DNA of 64,000 bases from Escherichia phage iGC_PHA_EC001. Positions 18,134 to 28,172 of this stretch are shown in pieces (within the stretch, counting starts at the first letter, position 1; every line of letters starts with the position of its first letter). The position numbers and the translations under genes were made by a program. The notes under the pieces are model-generated. The model searched no databases. It had not been told where the DNA came from and saw only the letters and a list, made by a program, of their open reading frames with translations. The DNA lies in sequence record OR437326.1; one strand, given 5' to 3'.

Positions 18134-18584
18134 TTGCCGTTTTGGTCCATAATCTTTGATTATCTGACCCTCTGAAAGGTTTTGTAGTTGGATTGTTTAT
18201 TTCATACTTTCCGTCTACAATAATGTCAACAAGATTTTTAATATACAAAGGCACTTCCTCAAAAGTATATCCTGTATACACCATTATATCTTTGCTTGAC
18301 CCATAAACGTCTCTAACCTTTTCTATAAGGTTTTTAACATTGTAAATATTCTGCGGATCTAATGGCTCTCCTCCTAAAATTGTTAAACCTTTTACAAACG
18401 GTCTTGACAAATCTTTTAAAACTTGCTCTACATTTTCGTGAGTGAACGGTTTCCCATAAGAATAAGACCAGGCTTTTTGGTTAAAACAGCCACGACAACC
18501 GTGGCTACAACCACTAACCCAGAGGGAGCACCTAACTCCCTCACCATTAATAAGATCTACAGGTTCATATCCTGCAAAATTCAA
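18114..18584 (-). CDS. nrdG: anaerobic ribonucleotide reductase activating protein (radical SAM)
   Basis: CSHGCRGC cluster (CxxxCxxC), 156 aa, similar to T4 NrdG as recalled; directly downstream of nrdD. Confidence 0.85.
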   Translation of the reverse strand: MNFAGYEPVDLINGEGVRCSLWVSGCSHGCRGCFNQKAWSYSYGKPFTHENVEQVLKDLSRPFVKGLTILGGEPLDPQNIYNVKNLIEKVRDVYGSSKDIMVYTGYTFEEVPLYIKNLVDIIVDGKYEINNPTTKPFRGSDNQRLWTKTASGWQSD

Positions 18585-20395
18585 AAATGTTTCTCCCTTT
18601 GCAAAACTTCCTGCATTTTACCTTTGTTGTAAGGGCGTGAATTAGGGGCAGAAAGATACCCTGACACACGTCTAACTACAGAAATAGTTTCTTCTTCATG
18701 GTTGCCACAATCAGGACACTCAAACCCTTTAGCCGTTGCCTTAAATTCTCCATGAAAACCACACTTAAAGCATTGATCCACGGGCTGATTAATACCAAAA
18801 TAGTGAATATGTTCATAAGCGTAGTCTACTAAAGTCTCCAAAGCTTCTAAGTTATTCTTTAAGTTTGGTGTTTCGACATAACTTATGTTACCACCATTAC
18901 TAATCTGTGCAAAACCTGCTTCATAATCCCATTTTTCAAAAGGATTTGTTACCAACCACACAGGTTGATGAAAAGAGTTAGTAAGATAGTCTCTTTCTAC
19001 CAAACCTGGGTATTTTTCATTTAAAGCTGTTGCAAACTTATAGCACAAAGATTCTGCTGGAGTTCCATAGAGACTAAACGCCAAATTAGATCGTTCTTTA
19101 AACACAGCACACACATCTTTCATATGTTGCAGAATGCTTTTACCAAGTTCCTTTTTATCTTTTTCTTCTGGATAAAGGATTTCCAAAGCTTCGGCAAGAC
19201 CTACATAACCAATACTAATAGAAGCATAACCACCTTCAAACAAAACACCAATTTCATCATTGGCATTTAAACGCGCTAAAGCCCCTTCCATGAAAAGAAT
19301 AGGGTTTTCAGATGCTTTGGTATGTCTGATACGGTTTACACGTAGCATGTGAGCATCGTAGGCTATCTCCATATGTTTATTAAGAAGATCGGTGAAAGAT
19401 TCTCCTTTACTTCTCGCTTCCGCAGCGATCAGAGGTAAGTTGATAGAAACTACTCCAAGGTTGAATCGTCCATCGTATTTTTCTCCTTGTTCGGTGGCAT
19501 AGTACGACAAAAAGGAACGACAACCCATACTCGTAACAGTACCATCTGCTGATCCCGTAACTTCTTTGTTCAAAGGAACAGAAATAAAATCTGGATAAAT
19601 ACGATCAGCACAACATGCCAAAGCTTGTTGCTTAAGGTCATAGTTAGGATCACTAGGTTTCATGTTAACACCTTCTTGTAAAAAGAAAATAACTTTAGGG
19701 AATACAGGCGTTACATGATCTTTGCCTAGACCGTTACTATGCACTTTAAGATAGTTAGCTGTAATCATTCTGCCAAAAACAGAGGTATCCAGACCCATAC
19801 TGATTGTAATAAAAGGAGATTGTCCATTAACACTCATTAAAGTATTAACCTGATACAAGAGAGTTTGCATAGCATCATATACATCTTGTTCGGTCATTTC
19901 CAGGGCTTCTTTCCTTGCATAACAACCGTAGCGACGTTTGGTTATCTCCATGTTTTTAAGGAAACTAGCTTCAACATAAGGACTAAGACCTTTATCAATG
20001 TGCGCACACGTCTGACCTCCATACTGACTGGAGGCAACAGCTTGGATGATTTGAGTTAGCACTGTGGTAGCTACTCCAATAGATTTTGGTTTTTCTATCT
20101 GTGCGGCTCCGATCTTAAAACCATTCTCTAACATATCTTGATAATTAACAAGACAACAGTTTGTAAGAGGAGAGAGTAGATAATCCAAGTCGTGAATATG
20201 TCCAAAACCTTCTGTATGCCACTCTGACAAGTTTTTTGGCAGTATCTGTGTCATTGCCATATGTTTGCTTAAAATCCCCGCCAAGAGATCCCTATGCGTG
20301 TTAACGAGGTGGGAAGGTTTGTTTGCATTCTCTCTAGTGTATGTTTCTGAAGTGCGATCTAAAAAAGAAAAAACATCTTGGTACAAATCTTTCAT
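18581..20395 (-). CDS. nrdD: anaerobic ribonucleoside-triphosphate reductase (T4-type, about 604 aa)
   Basis: Strong resemblance to T4 NrdD as recalled (NCCLV..MLENGFK.G.AQIE.PKSIGVAT; C-terminal Cys cluster and glycyl-radical motif RRVSGYL). Confidence 0.9.
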   Translation of the reverse strand: MKDLYQDVFSFLDRTSETYTRENANKPSHLVNTHRDLLAGILSKHMAMTQILPKNLSEWHTEGFGHIHDLDYLLSPLTNCCLVNYQDMLENGFKIGAAQIEKPKSIGVATTVLTQIIQAVASSQYGGQTCAHIDKGLSPYVEASFLKNMEITKRRYGCYARKEALEMTEQDVYDAMQTLLYQVNTLMSVNGQSPFITISMGLDTSVFGRMITANYLKVHSNGLGKDHVTPVFPKVIFFLQEGVNMKPSDPNYDLKQQALACCADRIYPDFISVPLNKEVTGSADGTVTSMGCRSFLSYYATEQGEKYDGRFNLGVVSINLPLIAAEARSKGESFTDLLNKHMEIAYDAHMLRVNRIRHTKASENPILFMEGALARLNANDEIGVLFEGGYASISIGYVGLAEALEILYPEEKDKKELGKSILQHMKDVCAVFKERSNLAFSLYGTPAESLCYKFATALNEKYPGLVERDYLTNSFHQPVWLVTNPFEKWDYEAGFAQISNGGNISYVETPNLKNNLEALETLVDYAYEHIHYFGINQPVDQCFKCGFHGEFKATAKGFECPDCGNHEEETISVVRRVSGYLSAPNSRPYNKGKMQEVLQREKHF

Positions 20396-20495
20396 TATTA
20401 ATCCTTATTTTGTGAGTAGAACTATTATTCTACCTCTTCCAACCGAAAAAAGCTTTGAGGAAAATCAAAAAAGGCGCAAAGTGCGCCTTTAAGTT

Positions 20496-21914
20496 TTATT
20501 GTTTGGAGAGGAATTGTCTTCCCATGATCTTACCGTTCTTTACAGCGGTCCCATCGTGTCCATTATAATCCCAAGTTCCATCAATGTTACGCAAGAAGCT
20601 ATCACGAACAGTGTAGGCTTTACCGTTCTCTACTTTACTTTCTTCAACAATAATCGCCATAACAAGCTTATTTTCAATTTCGGTAGTAACCGATTCTTTA
20701 ATACCCTCTGTAACTTCACGATCATATTGGATATAAACTCGCTCCTCGGTCACTTGCACGTCTACCACATTTTTAAATGTGTATGTCTGCTGTGTAGTGT
20801 AAAGGACACGAACAACACTCTTCTTACCTACTGGCGGCTTCTTACGAGGCTTACGGTAACGTGGTTTAGGGTTGTTAGTTGGAAGCCAACCAACAATATC
20901 CCGCTCATATCCAACATGACCCCAAGTGAAATGCGTAGCCGATCCACTATCCGTAGTTCCGTCACGAAAGAGAACTTCTACGTGACCACCACAAGGGCGG
21001 TGTCCACCATTATTATAGTTGTATTTTGCCGTGCGCGGGAGAATGAAGTATTCTTTAATCGCCCACTCTTCCAGATTGTCGATATTCCAAGTGAATACTG
21101 TTCCCTTAGCAACATCTGTTTGACCATTGTTGAAGCGAACCTGCACGAAATCTTCTGAAGGCATAACACCTGTGTTCGGCAGATATTCAAATGCAGTATC
21201 TTCCGCTACAAACTGTTCTTCCTCTTGCTCCTCAATACTTGGCACAGGCGCAGCTTCATCGTATTTCGCAGCAAACATATTTTTAAATTCTTGGGCCGTG
21301 ACTTGTACAAGGCCGCGATCACCAGTAGCAGCAGAGTGTGGGCGTGGTAAATCCCCAACTTCAATATGCATTGCATCTAAACCTGCTTGACGATCAAAGA
21401 AGATAACCTTGCGGAATTGTTTATCTTTATATTGTGGCAGTTCATACATACTTGGGTCGATTGTCTTCAAACGTTCAGCATCTTCTGGCTTCCAGAAGCT
21501 TTTACCTGTTGCAAATCTAAAGTCTACCAGTAGTTTAACAACATCTCCTAATGATAAACTATCTGCATCTACGAAAACGTCTTCGATTCCCAATAACCCT
21601 GATTTCTTAAGAATCAGATCTAACATGTAACCTCCTGTGGTTTGTTCTGCGTCTGGATAACGATCAACACTGGTGCTGGTTACACCGTTTATTTCACCAG
21701 TGGAGGCATTGTAGGAAATATATGGGAAGGTCATATCGTTCATTGCAAAATCACCTGAACAGGTTGGATCATCTTCTCCCTCCCAGCCATACACCTTCAC
21801 AATACCTTCACACAATTTGTCATACACACCAGCGCGACGTGCTGCTTCAGCAACTTCCTGTTTACGGGCAAATTTATTAATCATGATTCCTCCTGTTAAT
21901 TGCCATAGATGCAC
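20496..21914 (-). CDS. hypothetical protein (472 aa)
   Basis: Long ORF; start may be Met11 (MINKFARKQ); no confident motif. Confidence 0.55.
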   Translation of the reverse strand: MHLWQLTGGIMINKFARKQEVAEAARRAGVYDKLCEGIVKVYGWEGEDDPTCSGDFAMNDMTFPYISYNASTGEINGVTSTSVDRYPDAEQTTGGYMLDLILKKSGLLGIEDVFVDADSLSLGDVVKLLVDFRFATGKSFWKPEDAERLKTIDPSMYELPQYKDKQFRKVIFFDRQAGLDAMHIEVGDLPRPHSAATGDRGLVQVTAQEFKNMFAAKYDEAAPVPSIEEQEEEQFVAEDTAFEYLPNTGVMPSEDFVQVRFNNGQTDVAKGTVFTWNIDNLEEWAIKEYFILPRTAKYNYNNGGHRPCGGHVEVLFRDGTTDSGSATHFTWGHVGYERDIVGWLPTNNPKPRYRKPRKKPPVGKKSVVRVLYTTQQTYTFKNVVDVQVTEERVYIQYDREVTEGIKESVTTEIENKLVMAIIVEESKVENGKAYTVRDSFLRNIDGTWDYNGHDGTAVKNGKIMGRQFLSKQ

Positions 21915-22434
21915 GAGGTTCGGCTATGGCTGTTGCATAAATATATGGATGACCTTGTGGGGACAATCTTGTTCCGAATGACCCTAATTCTAAACCATTC
22001 ATGTCTTCCACGTCAAGCCCTATTTCTGTTTCTACAATTCTTGTTTGGACTTTGTAGTAGGTCCAGAAGAAGTATCGCATTTCTTCGGCATACTCTTTCA
22101 CTTCACCAAAGCTGGGATAGAACTCAATCAACTCCAGCTTCAAGAAGATGTTGAAGTGAGAATCATCCAACACTTCCTCTGTGCGGTAACATGGTGTCAG
22201 GGCCATGTAGGGATGACCAGCGATAAACTCGTAGCCATCCTTTTCCATTTGCAAGAATGATTGCTCGGCACTGGCAACATAAAACTTCCCATTAGGATGC
22301 CCCAAAGGAGCATCTTCTTTGCCAGGTGGCAGTGTGAATGCCAAAATATCTGCATCCACTAAATAAGGAACATCTAACATTTCAGCAAAGCGTCCATAAC
22401 TCTGGATGGCTTCGGCAATCACACCTGTGTTCAT
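21877..22434 (-). CDS. hypothetical protein (185 aa)
   Basis: ORF-track ORF. Confidence 0.5.
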   Translation of the reverse strand: MNTGVIAEAIQSYGRFAEMLDVPYLVDADILAFTLPPGKEDAPLGHPNGKFYVASAEQSFLQMEKDGYEFIAGHPYMALTPCYRTEEVLDDSHFNIFLKLELIEFYPSFGEVKEYAEEMRYFFWTYYKVQTRIVETEIGLDVEDMNGLELGSFGTRLSPQGHPYIYATAIAEPRASMAINRRNHD

Positions 22435-22682
22435 GACCTTCCTCCTGTGCGAAACGCACGTTTAGTAATGCTGGACATAATGATTAAATCTTGTAAAGTC
22501 ATATCTGGGAACTGTTGTTCTAAAACTCCCTCAACAGCACCTATAATATCTGATAATTCAACAAGTTGCATTATTTTGCAATCCTGTTCAACAGCATCAA
22601 AAAGTTCTTCTACTTCCTCTTTAATCTTTTCTATGCTGCCATAAGGTTGTTTCTTAATGTCTGTTATGTGATACCCCGCCAT
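22431..22682 (-). CDS. possible MazG-like nucleotide pyrophosphohydrolase domain protein (83 aa)
   Basis: EKIKEEVEELFDAVE..ELSDIIGAVEGVL resembles the EExxE..D helical motif of MazG/HisE-like enzymes; weak. Confidence 0.4.
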   Translation of the reverse strand: MAGYHITDIKKQPYGSIEKIKEEVEELFDAVEQDCKIMQLVELSDIIGAVEGVLEQQFPDMTLQDLIIMSSITKRAFRTGGRS

Positions 22683-24275
22683 TTAACGATCCTCTCTGAT
22701 TTGATTAATCTTACGAGCAAGGGCAGCTATAAGCTTATCTTCTTCGGATACAGGAGCCGTGCTCTTACCTAAACGATGCATGTCTAGAATCTCTTGAACA
22801 GTCCGGTTCCATTGTAGACATTTAATACAACGTGTATGTGCAACATACAGAAGGTTTCGTTCTGATTCTTCAAGACCTACCCACTCACCCTTCTTATCAT
22901 AATTAGAAGGAAAGTCATTTGCAACAATAACCTGATCCCACTCCAAACCTTTTGATTTGTGGGCTGTAGTTAAAGTAACTTTAGCCGTTGGAGAGTTACG
23001 GTGCATACGTAAAGTATATGCAATATTATTAGCTTTACCAGAAACAACAATGTTTAAAAGTCGTTTTGCATCAGGATCTGATTCTGCACACTCTACAAAT
23101 TCTTCCCAAGAAGTGTAAGGGAGAACTGTCTCATGCTTAACTTTGTCCAAATCACCTCTACGTAAAGCATTAACACTATCAACCATAGAAATGAAATCTT
23201 TGGTATCTACGTTAATAATAATCTCTTCTCCGTTAGCGATTCGGTCCATAGCTTCGAGCAACAGAGTCAAATTCTTACGGAAAATAATGGTGTAAGGTTT
23301 ACTATAATCTACCACATCAGAATGAAAACTTCCAGTGACAGTATCATAACCTTTGCCTACCAGCGGATGCTTCAGAGGTGAACGATCAGAAAGGATCGCA
23401 TTAGCAATTTCCGCAACTTTAGGACCAAAGCGAAAACAAGCTGTCAGAGGCAACTCAACCCCATATGTAGCCGTTTGCTTCATCATGTTCTGGCTTCCAC
23501 GGAACTGATAAATACTCTGAAATTCATCACCCACAACAACAATACGTTTAGCCGATTTAGCATTGCGAAGGATAGACAGGAATGCAGGGTTAACATCCTG
23601 GAATTCATCTCCGAAAATAATATCATATCCTAAGTCTTCTTTGCTCAATTCAAATAGTTTCACATAGGTGTCATGAGTCATAATTGTTTCTGATTTAGGA
23701 TCAATACGCTCACGCCAAAGTTGCTTCGCATATTTAACAACTTCGTTAATAAGTTTTTGTTCGTTGATGTTTTTACGTTTTAGGTCTGACATGTGCACTT
23801 TAGGAAAATGTTTATGTCCAATATGTTCATCGTCAGAAAACTCATATTTAGCTAAAGTTTGTTTTACCATTAACCCGATCATTGCACGAGTCAGTAGCAC
23901 TTTACCATTCTTATCGATCAAGTTCTGAATCTTGAATTTCTTGGCAATCTCACTACCAGTTCCAGCTACGTTAACATATTGACCTTCTGGACGAGATAAT
24001 TTGTGTCGAAGGTTTTGTGGAAGACGCTGGTAACAGATTGAATGTAGCGTTCGGCACATAACGTTAGGCGGCATTTTACGCCGAGCTTCCTCTGCCATAC
24101 TTTTGTTAAACGCCAAGTATAGAATACTATCATTTGTGCCATTAGCCAACATATACAGTGTTGACGTTTTACCTGATCCAGATTTAGCTTGAATTGTAAC
24201 GAAACGATTTTCTTTATACCCGCTTTCAATAGCGTATTGTTCCTCGGTAGGTGTAAAACTCAATTGTGTAGACAC
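22683..24275 (-). CDS. SF1 DNA helicase (Dda/RecD/UvrD-like)
   Basis: Walker A AKSGSGKTST, IIFGDEFQD, VVVGDEFQSIYQFRG, LTTAHKSKGLEWDQVIV. Confidence 0.75.
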   Translation of the reverse strand: MSTQLSFTPTEEQYAIESGYKENRFVTIQAKSGSGKTSTLYMLANGTNDSILYLAFNKSMAEEARRKMPPNVMCRTLHSICYQRLPQNLRHKLSRPEGQYVNVAGTGSEIAKKFKIQNLIDKNGKVLLTRAMIGLMVKQTLAKYEFSDDEHIGHKHFPKVHMSDLKRKNINEQKLINEVVKYAKQLWRERIDPKSETIMTHDTYVKLFELSKEDLGYDIIFGDEFQDVNPAFLSILRNAKSAKRIVVVGDEFQSIYQFRGSQNMMKQTATYGVELPLTACFRFGPKVAEIANAILSDRSPLKHPLVGKGYDTVTGSFHSDVVDYSKPYTIIFRKNLTLLLEAMDRIANGEEIIINVDTKDFISMVDSVNALRRGDLDKVKHETVLPYTSWEEFVECAESDPDAKRLLNIVVSGKANNIAYTLRMHRNSPTAKVTLTTAHKSKGLEWDQVIVANDFPSNYDKKGEWVGLEESERNLLYVAHTRCIKCLQWNRTVQEILDMHRLGKSTAPVSEEDKLIAALARKINQIREDR

Positions 24276-24289
24276 GTATTTCTCCTCTC

Positions 24290-24805
24290 TTAATAAAAAC
24301 TCTTGACAATCCTCATCATTTCCTTAGCTCTGCTGGCATAAGGTTCTTTTAGATTAGGTGGCAAATGTGCATTAATGTACCCCATTTGTTTTTCCCATGT
24401 CCACTTATCTTTAAATCTTGGCATGGTGTCTCCTGCTAAACTGTTTTCTTTTCGTGTTTGAATAATCCAATTACATGGAAAATGCACACCACCTTTACGG
24501 AAAGGAATATAATGTCCCAATGTGAATGCCTTATTGTTCTTTAAACGTCCAGCTAAATTAAGATTAACAATAAGACTACGAAACACGTAGTATTGATAAA
24601 GATTGTCAACAGTATATACAGAGTAGTATGCTCTAAGTGCATTATCTCGACTAAGATTACCAACATCCAAACTACACCAGTTTAAATTACTTGGATCGTA
24701 GTTGTGATTATCAATCCATTCTTCTCTTTCCTCAAATTCTGCATTAACAGCAGACTGCCCTGCTGTAGATACAAAAAGAGAATTTGCATCAAAGAACATA
24801 CTCAC
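24290..24805 (-). CDS. hypothetical protein (171 aa)
   Basis: ORF-track ORF. Confidence 0.5.
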   Translation of the reverse strand: MSMFFDANSLFVSTAGQSAVNAEFEEREEWIDNHNYDPSNLNWCSLDVGNLSRDNALRAYYSVYTVDNLYQYYVFRSLIVNLNLAGRLKNNKAFTLGHYIPFRKGGVHFPCNWIIQTRKENSLAGDTMPRFKDKWTWEKQMGYINAHLPPNLKEPYASRAKEMMRIVKSFY

Positions 24806-24812
24806 TCCCCCT

Positions 24813-25166
24813 TTAGTTTACATCGTTTAGAGCATTACCAATCTTTAAGATAATAACATCATTAAGAGCTTCTTCTCCATTAAGGCCAGAGAAAGCAGGA
24901 GTAACGAAAGTTACCATATAATAATGGTCTTCTTGTAGAATTGCGATAACGCCGTCTAGTTTAACATCTCCTGTGAAACGAAAAACTTTCAACTTTTGTT
25001 CTAAAGGAAGATCTCCTTCAACATTTAAAACCATATCTCCGACACCAAACTTTTCTGCCCCGATGTAGATGTAAGCTTGGTCCTCTTTTTTATGATAATA
25101 CAATGTTGCTTGTTTGTCTTGTAGTGTTGTGATACCAAACACATCTACATCAATAATATTTTTCAA
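24813..25166 (-). CDS. hypothetical protein (117 aa)
   Basis: ORF-track ORF. Confidence 0.5.
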   Translation of the reverse strand: MKNIIDVDVFGITTLQDKQATLYYHKKEDQAYIYIGAEKFGVGDMVLNVEGDLPLEQKLKVFRFTGDVKLDGVIAILQEDHYYMVTFVTPAFSGLNGEEALNDVIILKIGNALNDVN

Positions 25167-25178
25167 AAAATTCTCCTC

Positions 25179-25721
25179 TTATTTTGTGTTGACCTTATTT
25201 CGCATTAACCTGTGGGATACAGAGTTGCGAGATCTGTTTAGAACCTTACCAATCCCTGCATGACTATACCCTTCACTATTTAACTTTTCAAGAATCTGGT
25301 CTTCTTCCTCTGTCCAGTAGCGGCGTTTAGCTTGTCTATCATCCACACCATACATGATAGGTTGCTTTACATCCATCACTTTTAGCAATCTGACAGCCTC
25401 TTCCGCTTTCTCTTTTTTGAAACGGAGATAAGGGATTAAATTCTCAAGCAATCTTATCACACTTTCTCTGCTGCTAACATTGATATTATACATCAAATTA
25501 TCATATTTTTCAGCCCAAGCTACGCGCGATGTGAAAGAGACAGTATATCCATAACTTTCCAACTCTTTAGCCAAATCGGTCATTTCTTCTGCCGATCTCT
25601 CGTGTTGTGTAAGGTTTACTGTGTAGGAGTCTGAAGTCTCCCTGTTTCTGCTTATAATAGATCCATCACAATCTATGCAACCTGCGTAGTAAGCATAAAA
25701 CAGTTGTTCTTTTATGTCCAC
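25179..25721 (-). CDS. LAGLIDADG-like homing-endonuclease-type protein with C-terminal Myb/HTH-like DNA-binding region
   Basis: N-terminal FYAYYAGCIDCDGSIIS matches LAGLIDADG motif (LAGFVDGDGSI); C-terminal WTEEEDQILEKL..G..IGKVLNRSRNSVSHRL resembles Myb/SANT-type HTH. Confidence 0.5.
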   Translation of the reverse strand: MDIKEQLFYAYYAGCIDCDGSIISRNRETSDSYTVNLTQHERSAEEMTDLAKELESYGYTVSFTSRVAWAEKYDNLMYNINVSSRESVIRLLENLIPYLRFKKEKAEEAVRLLKVMDVKQPIMYGVDDRQAKRRYWTEEEDQILEKLNSEGYSHAGIGKVLNRSRNSVSHRLMRNKVNTK

Positions 25722-25725
25722 AATA

Positions 25726-26088
25726 TTAACCTAAACACATACGTGCGATCAGACCATGGATGAGCTTATCTGCTTCTTCACGATCATAGTCGGTATCTTC
25801 TATACCACCATCTTCGTCACGATAAACTTTACCTTCCAGGTACCCAGCATCGATCAAACCAATAATCAAATCGAACTGCCAGCAAGAGTTACCGAAAGGG
25901 CGTTTTCCACTGAAGCTATCTTCTTCTTCCCAAAGCGTAGAGAGCAGTCGTCTGAAATATTCACGCACAGTAACAGTGCCAAGATCATCGTCTTCAAAAA
26001 CAACATCTAAAGCATCTGGTTCAGCTTTCTCTACAACAGGCACATAACGTTGACCATTAATAACAACATCTACGATTGTTTCTCTCAT
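25726..26088 (-). CDS. hypothetical protein (120 aa)
   Basis: ORF-track ORF. Confidence 0.5.
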   Translation of the reverse strand: MRETIVDVVINGQRYVPVVEKAEPDALDVVFEDDDLGTVTVREYFRRLLSTLWEEEDSFSGKRPFGNSCWQFDLIIGLIDAGYLEGKVYRDEDGGIEDTDYDREEADKLIHGLIARMCLG

Positions 26089-26447
26089 TTTTCCTCCTTT
26101 TTGTATTCAATGAACATATCTGCATAGTAAGCTTTACGTTCTTCAAATTTAGCAGGGTTTACCACAATGAACAACACCTTTCTGTTGTCTTGTGGTTCTT
26201 TGACTGTAATATATAAATCTTTTGTGCAATAGAAACCTGTGGCTTTGTAAGCGTCACCCCAATTATCCACTCCACGATCTATACGATCAAACTTGCAGTT
26301 ATACTTTTTATCATCCACTTGGTAGACAGCCTCCCCACCATACCAAGTGAAGAATTGGCTACCTTCCACCCCAATCTTGAAACCATCACGGGCGGCTGTA
26401 GCATTGGTGGCAATCATCAACATCATGACACAAGGTAGCCTTTTCAT
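26085..26447 (-). CDS. secreted protein with signal peptide (120 aa)
   Basis: MKRLPCVMMLMIATNATAA leader. Confidence 0.5.
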   Translation of the reverse strand: MKRLPCVMMLMIATNATAARDGFKIGVEGSQFFTWYGGEAVYQVDDKKYNCKFDRIDRGVDNWGDAYKATGFYCTKDLYITVKEPQDNRKVLFIVVNPAKFEERKAYYADMFIEYKKEEK

Positions 26448-26753
26448 TTAGAATTCCTCTTCAGTCTTCTGTCGGTTTTTGAAGAATACTACGTCATATA
26501 CCTCTCCGTAACCATCATTTACACAGAACATAATAAAACGATCATCTTCTGCTGTTGGTGCGCGATGTTCAAGTTCAAAACTTTCAATAAAACCGCGTGA
26601 ATTTACGTAGTAGATTTCATCCTCGCCAGAGAACATCCAATCCCTGTCTATCAGATAGAAAGCTAAACTCACAGGCGACAACTCATCCTTCACAGAATCA
26701 TTGTACAGCATGTGGGCTGCAACTGCCAAGCTTAAAGTCGGGTTATACAACAT
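26448..26753 (-). CDS. hypothetical protein, tandem paralog a
   Basis: Paralog of 26753..27061 (E.E.R.P..EDD/E.FIM(F/Y).VN.G.GE...VVF.K). Confidence 0.5.
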   Translation of the reverse strand: MLYNPTLSLAVAAHMLYNDSVKDELSPVSLAFYLIDRDWMFSGEDEIYYVNSRGFIESFELEHRAPTAEDDRFIMFCVNDGYGEVYDVVFFKNRQKTEEEF

Positions 26754-27061
26754 TACACCTCCTCGTCAGACTCATCTGCTTTAGAGAATACAACATTAAA
26801 CGTTTCACCGCAACCATTATTTACGAAATACATGATAAAGTTTTCATCTTCGTCTACAGGGCCACGGTATTCCAGTTCGTAGCTATACAGAGAACTATCG
26901 CTTGTGGCTCCCTGCGGATACCAGAAATAGATCTCATCGAAAGATTTAACCCACTTCAAACCTGTACGATCCTCAAACACTAATGAGGAAGGATTGTCAG
27001 CATCTTTGACAGCTTCTTCATAATCTTGGTGGAACTTGACTGCTGTTGATAATGTGCTCAT
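26753..27061 (-). CDS. hypothetical protein, tandem paralog b
   Basis: ORF-track ORF trimmed to Met14 with RBS gaggagg. Confidence 0.5.
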   Translation of the reverse strand: MSTLSTAVKFHQDYEEAVKDADNPSSLVFEDRTGLKWVKSFDEIYFWYPQGATSDSSLYSYELEYRGPVDEDENFIMYFVNNGCGETFNVVFSKADESDEEV

Positions 27062-27234
27062 TATGCCTCCTCGTAATGTTTGCAAACAACGTGTCTCCAC
27101 GTCTTCTTATAATGTTCTCGCTTCGTCATAGCTTCTTGATAAGAGGGAATACGCTGTAACAGAAGTCTCCATTCACAATCTACGCCCATACGTCCGTACA
27201 AAGCATAACGAACATTGTTTTTCTTGTCTTGCAT
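27061..27234 (-). CDS. hypothetical small protein (57 aa)
   Basis: Own translation MQDKKNNVRYALYGRMGVDCEW..; RBS ggaggg; TAATG coupling to downstream gene. Confidence 0.35.
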   Translation of the reverse strand: MQDKKNNVRYALYGRMGVDCEWRLLLQRIPSYQEAMTKREHYKKTWRHVVCKHYEEA

Positions 27235-27253
27235 ACTCCCTCCGATCAGTTAA

Positions 27254-27451
27254 TTAAACTTTTCCCCAAGTACCAAAAGCACAGGAAGGGTAGATTCCAA
27301 CTTGAGGGTTTCCGTTATCATCTTTGAAAGTAAAACTGTTATTGTCTTTATCAAGAACTGTAGAATAAATCTTACCAACAGTAACGCAGTTGGAAGCTTG
27401 ACCCAGTTCAGTGAGAGTAAGACATTTCATTTTCTGTTTCTTTGTAGCCAT
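27254..27451 (-). CDS. hypothetical protein (65 aa)
   Basis: ORF-track ORF. Confidence 0.4.
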   Translation of the reverse strand: MATKKQKMKCLTLTELGQASNCVTVGKIYSTVLDKDNNSFTFKDDNGNPQVGIYPSCAFGTWGKV

Positions 27452-27533
27452 TTATAAAATCTCCTTAGTAAGTGAATCTTTATTCTACACAAAGAGCTTT
27501 GCACATGTCAAGTAACTCTTTGTCAGATTAGTC

Positions 27534-27803
27534 TTAATGATTAGTGATGTTGATGACAATCTTAGTTTCAACCTTAGCCCAACAGTAATCTGCTTCATTA
27601 AAACGACTAGTCACAATGTATTCTCCTGCACGAGAACCTGTTAAGCACACTGCACCTGTATCTGTAGCTAAGTAGTAGTCCCGTTCTTGTTCACTTACTT
27701 CTGAATCGTAGTAGTAGAAAACAGACATAGGTTCAATTTCAGATAAACGGTATAACTTTGGAACAGGGGATTTCTCGATAAACTCAACAGAAGTTTTACT
27801 CAT
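27534..27803 (-). CDS. hypothetical protein (89 aa)
   Basis: ORF-track ORF. Confidence 0.45.
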   Translation of the reverse strand: MSKTSVEFIEKSPVPKLYRLSEIEPMSVFYYYDSEVSEQERDYYLATDTGAVCLTGSRAGEYIVTSRFNEADYCWAKVETKIVINITNH

Positions 27804-28036
27804 TTGTTTTCTCCTAGATCTAAACTAATTAAGAAGTCACGAAGGATGATCATTTGTTCTGTAGACAATGATAATACACCTTCTCCATAAATATCACCAG
27901 ACCATTCGGTAGTTAGATCTAGTGTACCAGTACCAGGAAACCAATCAATAGTGATCTGATTACCATTAGAGTCAGGTAGTATTTCACTGACTAACATAAC
28001 ACACTCTCCTATTATTGTTCTTGATCTTACGATCAT
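27800..28036 (-). CDS. hypothetical protein (78 aa)
   Basis: ORF-track ORF. Confidence 0.45.
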   Translation of the reverse strand: MIVRSRTIIGECVMLVSEILPDSNGNQITIDWFPGTGTLDLTTEWSGDIYGEGVLSLSTEQMIILRDFLISLDLGENK

Positions 28037-28111
28037 CTACCGATAAGAACAAGTACTTAAATCTCTGTTCTTCGAACATCTAACGATAGAGATTAATCTA
28101 TTACATAATCT

Positions 28112-28172
28112 ATACTCGCTATCGCTCGACCCTTCGGGGTTAGGGTAGCATATTTTTTGAAAAAAGTCAACA
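28112..28172. repeat. about 60-bp repeated intergenic element, copy 1
   Basis: ctatactcgctatcgctcg..ttagggtagcatattttttgaaaaaagtcaa; second copy at 60237..60293 differs only in a short central segment. Confidence 0.6.

Noticed and set aside
20496-21914. Possibility that the 472-aa ORF is a nicotinamide phosphoribosyltransferase
   Set aside because: Size is compatible, but the conserved DSYK and GYRG-type motifs of that family as I recall them are not present; left as hypothetical.
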